Shown piece after piece: positions 16,830-25,394 of a stretch of 32,000 nucleotides of DNA (position 1 is its first letter; every line of letters begins with the position of its first letter). The notes under the pieces were generated by a model. That model saw only the letters and a list, made by a program, of their open reading frames with translations, had not been told where the DNA came from and ran no database searches. Made by a program: the position numbers and the translations under genes. The stretch is from positions 3,333-35,332 of the forward strand of contig CAZECW010000139.1 in the NCBI GenBank assembly GCA_964510585.1. Direction: 5' to 3'. The stretch comes from an uncultured archaeon. Its GTDB lineage: Archaea; Asgardarchaeota; Jordiarchaeia; Jordiarchaeales; Jordiarchaeaceae.

Positions 16830-17990
16830 ATGGTAAAACAAAAAGTAGCAATTGTGGCAACCGGCCAAACAAAACACAGAAGCCGAAGAAGAGACGTCAA
16901 CATATCCGAAATGATTTATGAAGCAGTAAAAATGGCCCTAGATGAAGCCCAACTCACACCCAAAGACATAGACGCCGTCGTTATTGGAAACATGGACCAC
17001 TTCGAAGGAATAAACTTCTCCGAAATGTGGACCGGAATAGAATCCGCACCTGGATACCTCAAACCCGTAGTAAAAGTAGCCACAGGGGGAACCACCGGAA
17101 CCTCCCTAGCAGCATACGGATACTACGCAGTAGCCTCTGGAATGTATGACAAAGTACTAGTAGTGGGATGGGAAAAAATAAACGAAGGAGGAGCCACAAC
17201 CGGAATAGTAACAGCCTTCGACGCCAGATGGGAAAGACCCGCCCTAGCCGGGGCACTAGGCCCCCTCGCTCTGATGGCTAGTATGTATATGTGGGAATTT
17301 GGAGTAACACCAGAACAAGCCGCAAAAGTAACAGTCAAAAACAGAAGAAACGCAGCAAATAATCCCTTCGCACACCTGCAACAACCCAACATGACAGTAG
17401 AAGAAGTGATGAACTCACCAGTAATATCGTGGCCCCTAAGACTCCATGATTGTTGCCCGCAGAGTGAGGGTGCTTGTGCGATTGTTTATGCGGGTGAGGG
17501 TGTGGCTAGGAAGATTAGTGATAATTTGGCGTGGGTTAAGGGTGTGGACACGGGGCACTATTATACTTATGGTGGCGATGATGTGATGCATAAGTATCCT
17601 GCGGCCAAGATTGCTTCTACCAGGCTTTACAAGAAGGTGGGTATTAGGAATCCGTTGAAGGATTTGGATGTGGCTGAGGTTTATGAGCCGAGTAGTTGGG
17701 CGGAGCTTATGTGGACTGAGGCTTTGGGTTTCTGTGAGTATGGTCAGGGTGGTAAGTTGTTGGATGAGGGTGTTACTGAGATGGGTGGTGAGTTGCCAGT
17801 GAATCCTTCGGGCGGTGTTATTGCGACGAATCCTATTGGTGCTACGGCGCTTATTCGTGTGGCTGAGGCTGCGATTCAGGTTAGGGGCCTGGGTGGTAAG
17901 CGTCAGGTTCCTGATGTGGAGTTGGCGTTGGCTCATGGTTTCGGTGGTAGTGTTTGGGCGGATCTTATGATTTTGGGTAAGGAGCCTTGA
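16830..17990 (+). CDS. ltp3: Thiolase-fold protein lacking the catalytic Cys, Ltp3-like
   Basis: TGQTK, DHFEGI, AHLQQPNMTVEEVMNS, AEVYEPSSW and NPIGATALIRVAEAAIQV parallel Ltp3. The nucleophile position reads ATGGTTG. A GAGGAG RBS favours ATG 16830; the track starts at 16821. Confidence 0.75.
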   Translation: MVKQKVAIVATGQTKHRSRRRDVNISEMIYEAVKMALDEAQLTPKDIDAVVIGNMDHFEGINFSEMWTGIESAPGYLKPVVKVATGGTTGTSLAAYGYYAVASGMYDKVLVVGWEKINEGGATTGIVTAFDARWERPALAGALGPLALMASMYMWEFGVTPEQAAKVTVKNRRNAANNPFAHLQQPNMTVEEVMNSPVISWPLRLHDCCPQSEGACAIVYAGEGVARKISDNLAWVKGVDTGHYYTYGGDDVMHKYPAAKIASTRLYKKVGIRNPLKDLDVAEVYEPSSWAELMWTEALGFCEYGQGGKLLDEGVTEMGGELPVNPSGGVIATNPIGATALIRVAEAAIQVRGLGGKRQVPDVELALAHGFGGSVWADLMILGKEP

Positions 17991-18004
17991 TTTGAGGTGA
18001 TTTT

Positions 18005-18490
18005 ATGAGTGAGAAGAAGGAAGAGCCTTTTACTATAAATTGGCTTACTGATTTGCCTTATCGTTATGCTTTGGGACCCGTTGCATCGAAGTTCTTTAGG
18101 GTGCTTAAGGAGTCTGGTAAGTTACTGGCGATTAAGTGTAGGAAGTGTGGGAAGGTGTTGTTCCCTCCGAGGTCTGTGTGTGCGGACTGTTTGGTGGAGA
18201 TGACTGTGGATGATATGGTTGAATTGAGTGGTGAGGGTTCGCTGGATGGTTTTACTGTGGTTAATTATCCTTTTGTGGATCCTAATACTGGTGAGACGAG
18301 GCCTTTTCCGTATGGTTATGGTGCGATTAAGTTGAAGGGTACAGATACTTGGATGCTGCATTTTGTCGATGAGACGGATCCTGGGAAGATTAAGCCGGGT
18401 ATGCTGGTGAAGGCGGTGATTAAGCCTAAGAATGAGCGGAAAGGTACTTTAGAGGATATACCCTACTTTAGAGCGGTTGAGAAGAAGTGA
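18005..18490 (+). CDS. DUF35 family Zn-ribbon/OB-fold protein
   Basis: CRKC...FPPRSVCADC, GxLxxFTVV and PFPYGYGAIKL motifs; GAGGTG RBS. Confidence 0.9.
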   Translation: MSEKKEEPFTINWLTDLPYRYALGPVASKFFRVLKESGKLLAIKCRKCGKVLFPPRSVCADCLVEMTVDDMVELSGEGSLDGFTVVNYPFVDPNTGETRPFPYGYGAIKLKGTDTWMLHFVDETDPGKIKPGMLVKAVIKPKNERKGTLEDIPYFRAVEKK

Positions 18491-18515
18491 GATTTCAATC
18501 TGTGGAGGTTTTGTT

Positions 18516-18956
18516 GTGAGTGAGGATAAGTATTTTCATGGTAGGATTAGGGTGCCTTATAGGCATGTTGCTGGTGCTTATGCTGGTCGGTTTATTCAGG
18601 AGATTGGCAATAATAAGAGGATTATGGGTGTGAAGTGTTCCAGATGTGGTAAAGTGTATGTTCCTCCTAGGATGGTTTGTTTTGCGTGTTTTGAGAAAAT
18701 GAAGGAATGGGTCGAAGTTGGCAAGCAAGGTACGGTTAAGGGATTTACGGTGGTTAACTATTCGACGCCAGTTATGCCGTTGAAGCCCCCCTTTGCTTAT
18801 GGGATTATTGAGTTAGATGGTTCAAATACTGGTTTTGTGCACATCATTAAGGAGGGTGACCCCAAGAAGCTGAAGGTTGGCATGCGGGTTGAGGCTGTTT
18901 TCAAGAGCAACCCAGAGGGCAACATTTTGGACATTGAATACTTCAAACCAGTATAG
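18516..18956 (+). CDS. DUF35 family Zn-ribbon/OB-fold protein, second copy
   Basis: CSRC..VYVPPRMVCFAC, GTVKGFTVV, PFAYGIIELDG and GMRVEAVF motifs; GGAGG RBS before GTG 18516 (track starts at 18477). Confidence 0.9.
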   Translation: MSEDKYFHGRIRVPYRHVAGAYAGRFIQEIGNNKRIMGVKCSRCGKVYVPPRMVCFACFEKMKEWVEVGKQGTVKGFTVVNYSTPVMPLKPPFAYGIIELDGSNTGFVHIIKEGDPKKLKVGMRVEAVFKSNPEGNILDIEYFKPV

Positions 18957-19116
18957 TATGCTTCCCCTTTTTCATTTTTTATTTAGATTTTTTGTTTTAG
19001 GGATTGTTTCCCAATTATGTTTGTTTGACGCTCTCTGCGACCAAAAATAGGGGGATTTTTTCGCCAGCAATTAGGTGTAATTTGATTCTCTTCTGAGTAG
19101 GGTAGTTTTTTCATTT

Positions 19117-19803
19117 TTAGGCGATTGTTTTCCACACGAATCTTTGACTCCCAAGAATTAGCAATAGTACTGCTAACAGTATTGGGCTAATTGGGAACAA
19201 GGGTGTGATGAATTGTAGAGTTCCTGTTAGCATAAGTAGGAGTATTACTATTACTGCAAGGAGCGAGAATTGGGCTGCTGTTAGTGTGTAGACAGCTAGT
19301 TTTTCTTTGGGGGTTCCGTTTCTTAATATTTCGCGCATTCTCTTTTTGGCTTCTCCATAGGTTTTGTAGCGGTTTGAGGACGGTAGTCTCCAAGTTCTGA
19401 GCGTGAATAGTAGGTCTCGAAATTCAGCCTCTTTTAAGAGTCTCAAAAGGACCCAGTTGTGTAAATCAATTATTATTAAGGAGAGTGCAAGGGTGAAGAT
19501 TAGAAGTAGTAGCGTCATTTCGGTTATTGTGTTAATTTTGAATAGTGTGATTCGGTTGGAGAGGTACGCGATTCTCACGGTGAAGGTGGTGGCTTCAAGA
19601 TCCCATGGTCCGAAGAGGTTCTGGTAGTATGAGGGTGCGCTGGAAAAGAGGAGAAGCAATTCCAGGGGTATACTAAAAACAGTGGAGAGCGAGAGCCAAG
19701 TGTAGGTGAGAAAGAGGATTGCTCAAGGAATCCATGATAGAAATCCTATCATTACCATTCGTTTGAACGCATTATTTACCTCTAATTCCTCTTCTAGAAA
19801 CAT
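19117..19803 (-). CDS. Multi-pass membrane protein with an in-frame TGA at 19723-19725; possible pseudogene
   Basis: The track ORF (19117-19659) extends upstream in frame as hydrophobic sequence. From ATG 19803 (TAGGAG upstream) it reads MFLEEELEVNNAFKRMVMIGFLSWIP*AILFLTYTWLSLSTVFSIPLELLLLFSS... Confidence 0.6.
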
Positions 19804-19970
19804 TTGATTAGCTCTCCTAGACGCACGCTATTTTTATTCTTCTTTGAGTATAAAAAGTTATTTTGGGTTTGAATGAGACTGGTTTTAGAAAATTTTATAA
19901 CAATGTTTTAACCTAGATTTAGGTTAATGTGTTTCCATAAGACTACTAAAAAGGGTAGGAGTAGAGTGTT

Positions 19971-20984
19971 TTGGTTTCTAAAGGAGAAGAGATGCTAAGA
20001 GAAGATATTGAGAGGGTTCAGGAGCAGAGACTGCAGAGAGAAGTGAAGTACGCTTATAATTATTCTGAGTTTTACAGGAAAAAATTCGCTGATGCTGGGT
20101 TGAAACCTGATGACGTAAAGAGTTTGGATGATTTGTCGAGGATTCCTGTTACCTCCAAGGAGGAGGTTCTATCCAAGTTTAGTGACAGTGATCCTTTTAG
20201 TGGTCGGCTTTGTGTTCCCGTAGATAAGTTGTGGTATATAATTTTACCTCATGAAGCCACGTTGTCTGGCAGACCACTCTACACTGCATATACTTATAAT
20301 GATCGCCGGGTTCTTCTGGAACAGTTGACGCGGTTCTTCCGAATGCTTGGTGTTGGAGCTAAGGATTTAGTTATGACTTCTGGTCAATCTTGGGAGCTTA
20401 CCCCAAGAGTTCTGGAGAGCGCATTCACTATTCAAGAAACGGTTCAGGATAGGTTAGGGTTCATCAACATGCCTTTGGAGGCTTCCCTAGTTTTTATTGA
20501 TATGCCTAGAGCCATTTATCTCGGGGAGCAACTTAAACCGAGAATTTTTTTCACCCTAGTATCATACTTTGATCAGGTCACTCAGGGGATAAAGAGTCAA
20601 AAAAAGGTGCCTAAGGATGTTTTTCAGCCGGAAATAATTGTTCTAAGAGAGTTGATGGATGATATGCGGCTTACAGATGAAAAGCAAAAGGAGTACAAAA
20701 GTGAGTGGGGTAGTGAGTTTTATAGAATGTTGGACGTACAGGATACTGCTTTTCTTGCCATGGAGTGCCCTGAGCACAATGGACTACACGCATGGGAGGA
20801 CATGTTCATCATAGAGGCATTGAGTAATGGAGAACCAGTGGCTGAGGGTAAGAGAGGAAAGTTGACAATAACTAATCTCTGGTCAGAGGCTACACCAGCG
20901 ATAAGGTGGCAAACAGATTACGAAGTGACTTTGGACAAAAAGCGCTGCAAGTGTGGAGGAAACCATCTGAGAATTAAGCTATGA
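19971..20984 (+). CDS. Degenerate phenylacetate-CoA ligase (PaaK)/F390-synthetase family protein lacking the P-loop and C-terminal domain
   Basis: PaaK-like N-terminus (SEFYRKKF...DLSRIPVTSKE) and ECPEHNGLH.WED.F, GKLTITNL, CKCG motifs. The P-loop reads PHEATLSGRP, and the ORF ends right after CKCG. The start may be ATG 19992. Confidence 0.75.
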   Translation: MVSKGEEMLREDIERVQEQRLQREVKYAYNYSEFYRKKFADAGLKPDDVKSLDDLSRIPVTSKEEVLSKFSDSDPFSGRLCVPVDKLWYIILPHEATLSGRPLYTAYTYNDRRVLLEQLTRFFRMLGVGAKDLVMTSGQSWELTPRVLESAFTIQETVQDRLGFINMPLEASLVFIDMPRAIYLGEQLKPRIFFTLVSYFDQVTQGIKSQKKVPKDVFQPEIIVLRELMDDMRLTDEKQKEYKSEWGSEFYRMLDVQDTAFLAMECPEHNGLHAWEDMFIIEALSNGEPVAEGKRGKLTITNLWSEATPAIRWQTDYEVTLDKKRCKCGGNHLRIKL

Positions 20985-21002
20985 AAAAAGGGTTTAGAGT
21001 GG

Positions 21003-22352
21003 ATGTTTATGGTAGATTGGAGAAAATACTGGAACGAGCCAATTGAGACTATATCCAGAAAGGATCTAATGGAACTGCAATTTAAAAGGTTAAAGAAGCA
21101 GTTAAACAACATTTATCATAACTCCTCATATTATAGGGGAGTGATGAGAGAAAGTGGGATTTCGCCAGATGATATAAAGTCATTAGGAGATTTTACTAAA
21201 TTTCCAGTTACCTACAAGGATTCAGTGAGAGAATTGATAAATGCGGGTGACCCCTTCGGCGGCCTATTATGCGTTCCATTTGAAGACATAAAATCTATTT
21301 ATTCCACAACGGGCACTACAGGAATACCTTCAATACATGCTCAGACCAAAGAGGATCAAGAGTACAGCGCAGAGCAAACTGCTAGGCTAACTTGGATGCA
21401 GGGATTTAGGCCAGGAGATGTCCTTTTTTGGCCCCCCGTGAGATGGAACGGGTTCATCTTCGGCGTCACCCCGGGACTAGAAAGAATAGGGGTAGTATCA
21501 ATCACAAATATTTTGTATCCTTTACCCAACTATGCAGACAAAATGGTCTACGCTCTTAAACACCTTCGCCCTGACGTAATGGCAGTACCAATAGTGATAT
21601 TTGACGGGTTTCTAGAATCCTGCAAAAGACTTGGGGAAAAACCCGCTGAAATATGTGAAAGCTTGAGAGCAATTTCAATTGGTTATGGAGATGTTTTAAC
21701 AAATAGCTATCGGCAAAAGTTAATAAAGGAGGCGAGGCTAGAGCCGGAGAAGATTTTTAGTGGCGGTGGGGCAGCGGATACCATGATTCATTTGGCGGAG
21801 TGTGAAGTACGTGAGGGCACTCATATTTGCGAGGATCTTTATTTGGCTGAGATTCTAGATCTGGATACCAAGGAGCCTGTGGGGGAAAATGAAAGGGGCG
21901 AATTGATTCTATCGAATCTTTATATGAGAGGCACCCCACTTATAAGGTGGGGTAGTGAGGATATTTCCACCTTCAGTAGGGAAACTTGTAAGTGTGGTAG
22001 GACTCATGGTAGAGCAACTTGGATTGGTCGAACAGGTTTCCAGCTTAATGTTATGGGTAAATGGATTCTTCCTTTGGATGTTGATGATCTGTTTATAGAT
22101 GTGCCGGAGGCTGCGGGTACTCCCTTTACACTTTTCAAGTATAAGAAGGGCGTGATGGAGAAGCTGAAGATGAAGATGGTTTACGATGGAAGCAAAGGTT
22201 TAACCAAAGAGGAGTTCAGAGCGAAGGTTTCTGGAATTATTAAGGAGAAACTGGGTGTTGAAACCGATATTGAAATAGTGGATTCCATAGACGATTTGCC
22301 CAAAATTGCCCACAAATATAAAAGAGTTGAAGATCTCACCAAAGAAAGTTAA
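21003..22352 (+). CDS. Phenylacetate-CoA ligase (PaaK)-family adenylate-forming CoA ligase
   Basis: YSTTGTTGIP P-loop, GELILSNL, TPLIRW, CKCGRTH...IGR and terminal KYKRVEDL (A10 Lys). Substrate not determinable. Confidence 0.87.
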   Translation: MFMVDWRKYWNEPIETISRKDLMELQFKRLKKQLNNIYHNSSYYRGVMRESGISPDDIKSLGDFTKFPVTYKDSVRELINAGDPFGGLLCVPFEDIKSIYSTTGTTGIPSIHAQTKEDQEYSAEQTARLTWMQGFRPGDVLFWPPVRWNGFIFGVTPGLERIGVVSITNILYPLPNYADKMVYALKHLRPDVMAVPIVIFDGFLESCKRLGEKPAEICESLRAISIGYGDVLTNSYRQKLIKEARLEPEKIFSGGGAADTMIHLAECEVREGTHICEDLYLAEILDLDTKEPVGENERGELILSNLYMRGTPLIRWGSEDISTFSRETCKCGRTHGRATWIGRTGFQLNVMGKWILPLDVDDLFIDVPEAAGTPFTLFKYKKGVMEKLKMKMVYDGSKGLTKEEFRAKVSGIIKEKLGVETDIEIVDSIDDLPKIAHKYKRVEDLTKES

Positions 22353-22551
22353 AATGAAGGCTTAACCCCTATTTTTTTAACTTATTTTTGCCACAGTTGA
22401 GGCCCACTAGAATATGTGTGTGTTTGAATGGTTCAATGCGGTTTTTCCAGGGTGTTTGGGGCGGGGAGCATATTGTTCAAAATGAAATCTTTTTAAATGT
22501 GCTATGGGTAAATTATACTTAGACAACAACGCTGATGGGGTTGTTTAGATA

Positions 22552-23118
22552 ATGTTTGGCAAAAAGGATAAAGAGAAGACGACCGCTGAGAAGATTCGAG
22601 GAGAAGTGAAGAAGCAGTCTACCAGAAATCTTTCAGAGAAAGTTGCCTATCTGGTTCCCGGTTATCATGGATACAAGGCGAAGGAAATACGTAGAGAAGC
22701 GGATAAGGCTCTACGCACCTACATTTACAAGCAGCTTAAGGACTGTAAGAAGGACCTGAATCTTGTGCAGGAGATGCTTGTGGACTACAATGTTGAGAAT
22801 ACTTGGGAGCAGATGGATCGGCTTATGGCTTTGGTGGACAGGGTAGCTGAGAGAATAAATCATGCGGATTATGGTTATAGCGGCTTTTTTGATTCAACAA
22901 AAATTAGGGAGCCGGAACTTGACAGAATGTATGAATTTGACGCAATGATACTGGATGATATTGATGCTTTTCGGGGAGAAATAAAATCCCTTAAAGAGGA
23001 GCTGGAATCAGGCAATTTCGATAATTCTTTTCAGCGTGTCTTTTCACTTAGAAGAACGCTTGACGATATTGACAAAAAATTTGGAGATAGAAGAAGCTAT
23101 ATGCTAGAATTCGTATAG
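22552..23118 (+). CDS. Conserved helical hypothetical protein, operonic with the SPFH gene
   Basis: 188 aa; VPGYHGYKAKEIRREAD...ADYGYSGFFD...ELDRMYEFD is a family pattern I recognise but cannot name. Confidence 0.75.
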   Translation: MFGKKDKEKTTAEKIRGEVKKQSTRNLSEKVAYLVPGYHGYKAKEIRREADKALRTYIYKQLKDCKKDLNLVQEMLVDYNVENTWEQMDRLMALVDRVAERINHADYGYSGFFDSTKIREPELDRMYEFDAMILDDIDAFRGEIKSLKEELESGNFDNSFQRVFSLRRTLDDIDKKFGDRRSYMLEFV

Positions 23119-23139
23119 AAGAATTAGAGGTGAATATTT

Positions 23140-24087
23140 GTGCCAGACTTAATTGAATGGACTGGAGCAGGACCAAAAGACATTGTTTGGAAATATCCAA
23201 ATAACAGACTTTCTTGGGGTTCCACGCTTATTGTACACGAACACCAGGTTGCTGTGTTTTATAGAGACGGAAAGGCCTATGATGTTTTTGGTCCGGGGAG
23301 ACATGTCTTGAGCACCCAAAATCTTCCTGGTCTCTCAAAACTATACAGTACTATGAGAGGATTTAAGAAATCAGAGTTTACTTCAGATATTGTTTTTGTT
23401 TCCACTTCGCAGTTCCAAGGAAAATTTGGCGGAAGAGGCCAAACCCAAGAACTTGCGCCACTAATGTTTCATGGCGCATACTGGTTCAAGGTTGAGGATC
23501 CCAAGCTATTCGTGGTAGAAGTTGTAGGGAACTCAAAGGCATTTACAACCGACGCGGTTAACGAGTTTATTCGAGGTTTTATAGTAGAAAAACTCATTGA
23601 CACATTGGCGGGCTTCACGCTTCGGGATGTTTTCACCCAACTCGATGAGAGTAGCATGAAGGTAAAGACCAAAATCAAAGAACAGTTCGATAGAATCGGA
23701 ATAGACCTAATTGACCTCAAATTTGAGGGAATGGATACTTCACCCGAATATAGGGAGAGGCTATTCTGGCTTCAAACAGGACAGGTACACGCTGACCGCA
23801 TAGCCACCCTAGAAACAACCAAGAGCGCCGCGGAATCGCTAGGAAAAGGAGGCGGAGCCGCAGCAGCAGGGACAGGAATGGTAATAATACCCCAACTTCT
23901 TCAGCAACCCACTGGACCTCAGGTTGCAGTGACAACTTGTCCAAAGTGTGGTGCACAAATTCCTGCCAATGCGCGTTTCTGTAATAACTGTGGAGTTCAG
24001 CTGGGACGCGGGAAAACATGCCCCAAATGTAATGCTCAAGTACCAGCGGGAAGCCGCTTCTGTCCAGAATGCGGAACCAAGATTTAA
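23140..24087 (+). CDS. SPFH (band 7, YdjI-like) domain protein with a C-terminal double zinc ribbon
   Basis: LIVHEHQVAVFYRDGKAYDVFGPGRHVLSTQNLP, FHGAYWFKV, and two CPKC-x10-(R)FCxxCG repeats; GAGGTG RBS. Confidence 0.88.
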   Translation: MPDLIEWTGAGPKDIVWKYPNNRLSWGSTLIVHEHQVAVFYRDGKAYDVFGPGRHVLSTQNLPGLSKLYSTMRGFKKSEFTSDIVFVSTSQFQGKFGGRGQTQELAPLMFHGAYWFKVEDPKLFVVEVVGNSKAFTTDAVNEFIRGFIVEKLIDTLAGFTLRDVFTQLDESSMKVKTKIKEQFDRIGIDLIDLKFEGMDTSPEYRERLFWLQTGQVHADRIATLETTKSAAESLGKGGGAAAAGTGMVIIPQLLQQPTGPQVAVTTCPKCGAQIPANARFCNNCGVQLGRGKTCPKCNAQVPAGSRFCPECGTKI

Positions 24088-24324
24088 AAAGTCAGTCTTC
24101 CCCTTTTTTGGTATCCTAAACTATTTTTATTTTTGAAAACCTGAATAAGCTTGAATCTATTCTGGGAAACCACATAATTAGAATTGTTGGGTTTCAATGT
24201 TTATATGATTTTTCCGAAATAACTTGAATCGTGAGAATTAGGTGAATCTTTGTAGAGTTGGCTACTTTTGGTGAGTAGTATAGAAAAAGGGGAGATGAGG
24301 ATTGAGAATGTGTCTTTTTTAACC

Positions 24325-25131
24325 TTAGATTAGTAGTAGTATTAGGTATTGTTGTACCATTGTGGTTGCCTGTATTAGGAAATATTGGAGAAACAGTAGT
24401 CCGGCGATTAGGAGTAGTATGACTCCGTTTATTAGGTAGTAGGCCTGTGACTGTTTCGAGTCGAGTGTTTTTCTTAATGCGTATTTTTCTTGTTTTGTCT
24501 TCTTTTTCTTTTCTCCTTTTGGCAGGGATACTGTCCACCAGAAATGAACAAGCGCCGTTCCCTGCAGTCTTCTGAATAGCTCCTGACCAGTCATTCCCGA
24601 GACGTAGAAGTCGGCAAGCTCATGTCCAGCCGTTAGGGAACCCCTTTTACTGTGGAGCTCTGCTTCTTTGATTGGGGGGAAGTAATCTAAAAATAGGTGT
24701 GAAGCAGCGCCCAGTGCGAACACGGACATTCCGAGTAGAAGAACGGTGTTAACCGCAGGATTAAATAGCAGCGTTTGAATGGGGTTGCCCACGTTAATTA
24801 CGGTGAACACCATTACAATTGCGGAAAAAATTGCGGGTATTATGCAGGAATGGGTTAGCCAGTCCCTGTGTTGCATCCACATTACGGCTTTATCATAGTC
24901 TGCAATTTCAGAACCAACCAGCACCAGTAATAAGGCCACAACCAGATATATGGGGTCTGCAGAGGATAGTGTACGGGGAAAAGGAATGGGGAACCATGTA
25001 GGAAGGCCTGTTACTCCAAATAGGCTTGCCGGAAGGTAAATAGGTATGCTTAGAAGCCAGTAGTAGTATGCTATTGAGAATGCGATGTAAACTATAATTC
25101 CCGCCGTCAAGTGGTATTTTCTTGCCGCCAT
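24325..25131 (-). CDS. Membrane-bound metal-dependent hydrolase (YdjM/DUF457-like)
   Basis: N-terminal H, ADYD, HRDWLTHS and SHLFLD motifs with several transmembrane segments. ATG 25131 preferred; the track starts at 25149. Confidence 0.72.
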   Translation of the reverse strand: MAARKYHLTAGIIVYIAFSIAYYYWLLSIPIYLPASLFGVTGLPTWFPIPFPRTLSSADPIYLVVALLLVLVGSEIADYDKAVMWMQHRDWLTHSCIIPAIFSAIVMVFTVINVGNPIQTLLFNPAVNTVLLLGMSVFALGAASHLFLDYFPPIKEAELHSKRGSLTAGHELADFYVSGMTGQELFRRLQGTALVHFWWTVSLPKGEKKKKTKQEKYALRKTLDSKQSQAYYLINGVILLLIAGLLFLQYFLIQATTMVQQYLILLLI

Positions 25132-25394
25132 TTTTTGTTTCCTTCCCAACTATTTTTTTAAAACAATATTTGAATAATAGTTTTATGTGCCAGTTGATAT
25201 ATAAGAATTTCTAAATCAGATTTATTTGAATAAAAATTGTGGGCGGGAGACACAATTTAATTTTGATGAATGGAAATTTGGACGCGCATAATTTTTTAGT
25301 AAGTAATTTAACTTATTTAGAGTGAAGCAGAGGTAAGCTGTGAAATTTGCATAAAATGGGACGTGTGTTAGTGAGCGTTAATGGAGGATTCGAA

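Noticed and set aside
15668-17990. Annotation of the two thiolase-fold genes as acetyl-CoA C-acetyltransferases
   Set aside because: Both lack the nucleophilic Cys and the GHP His.
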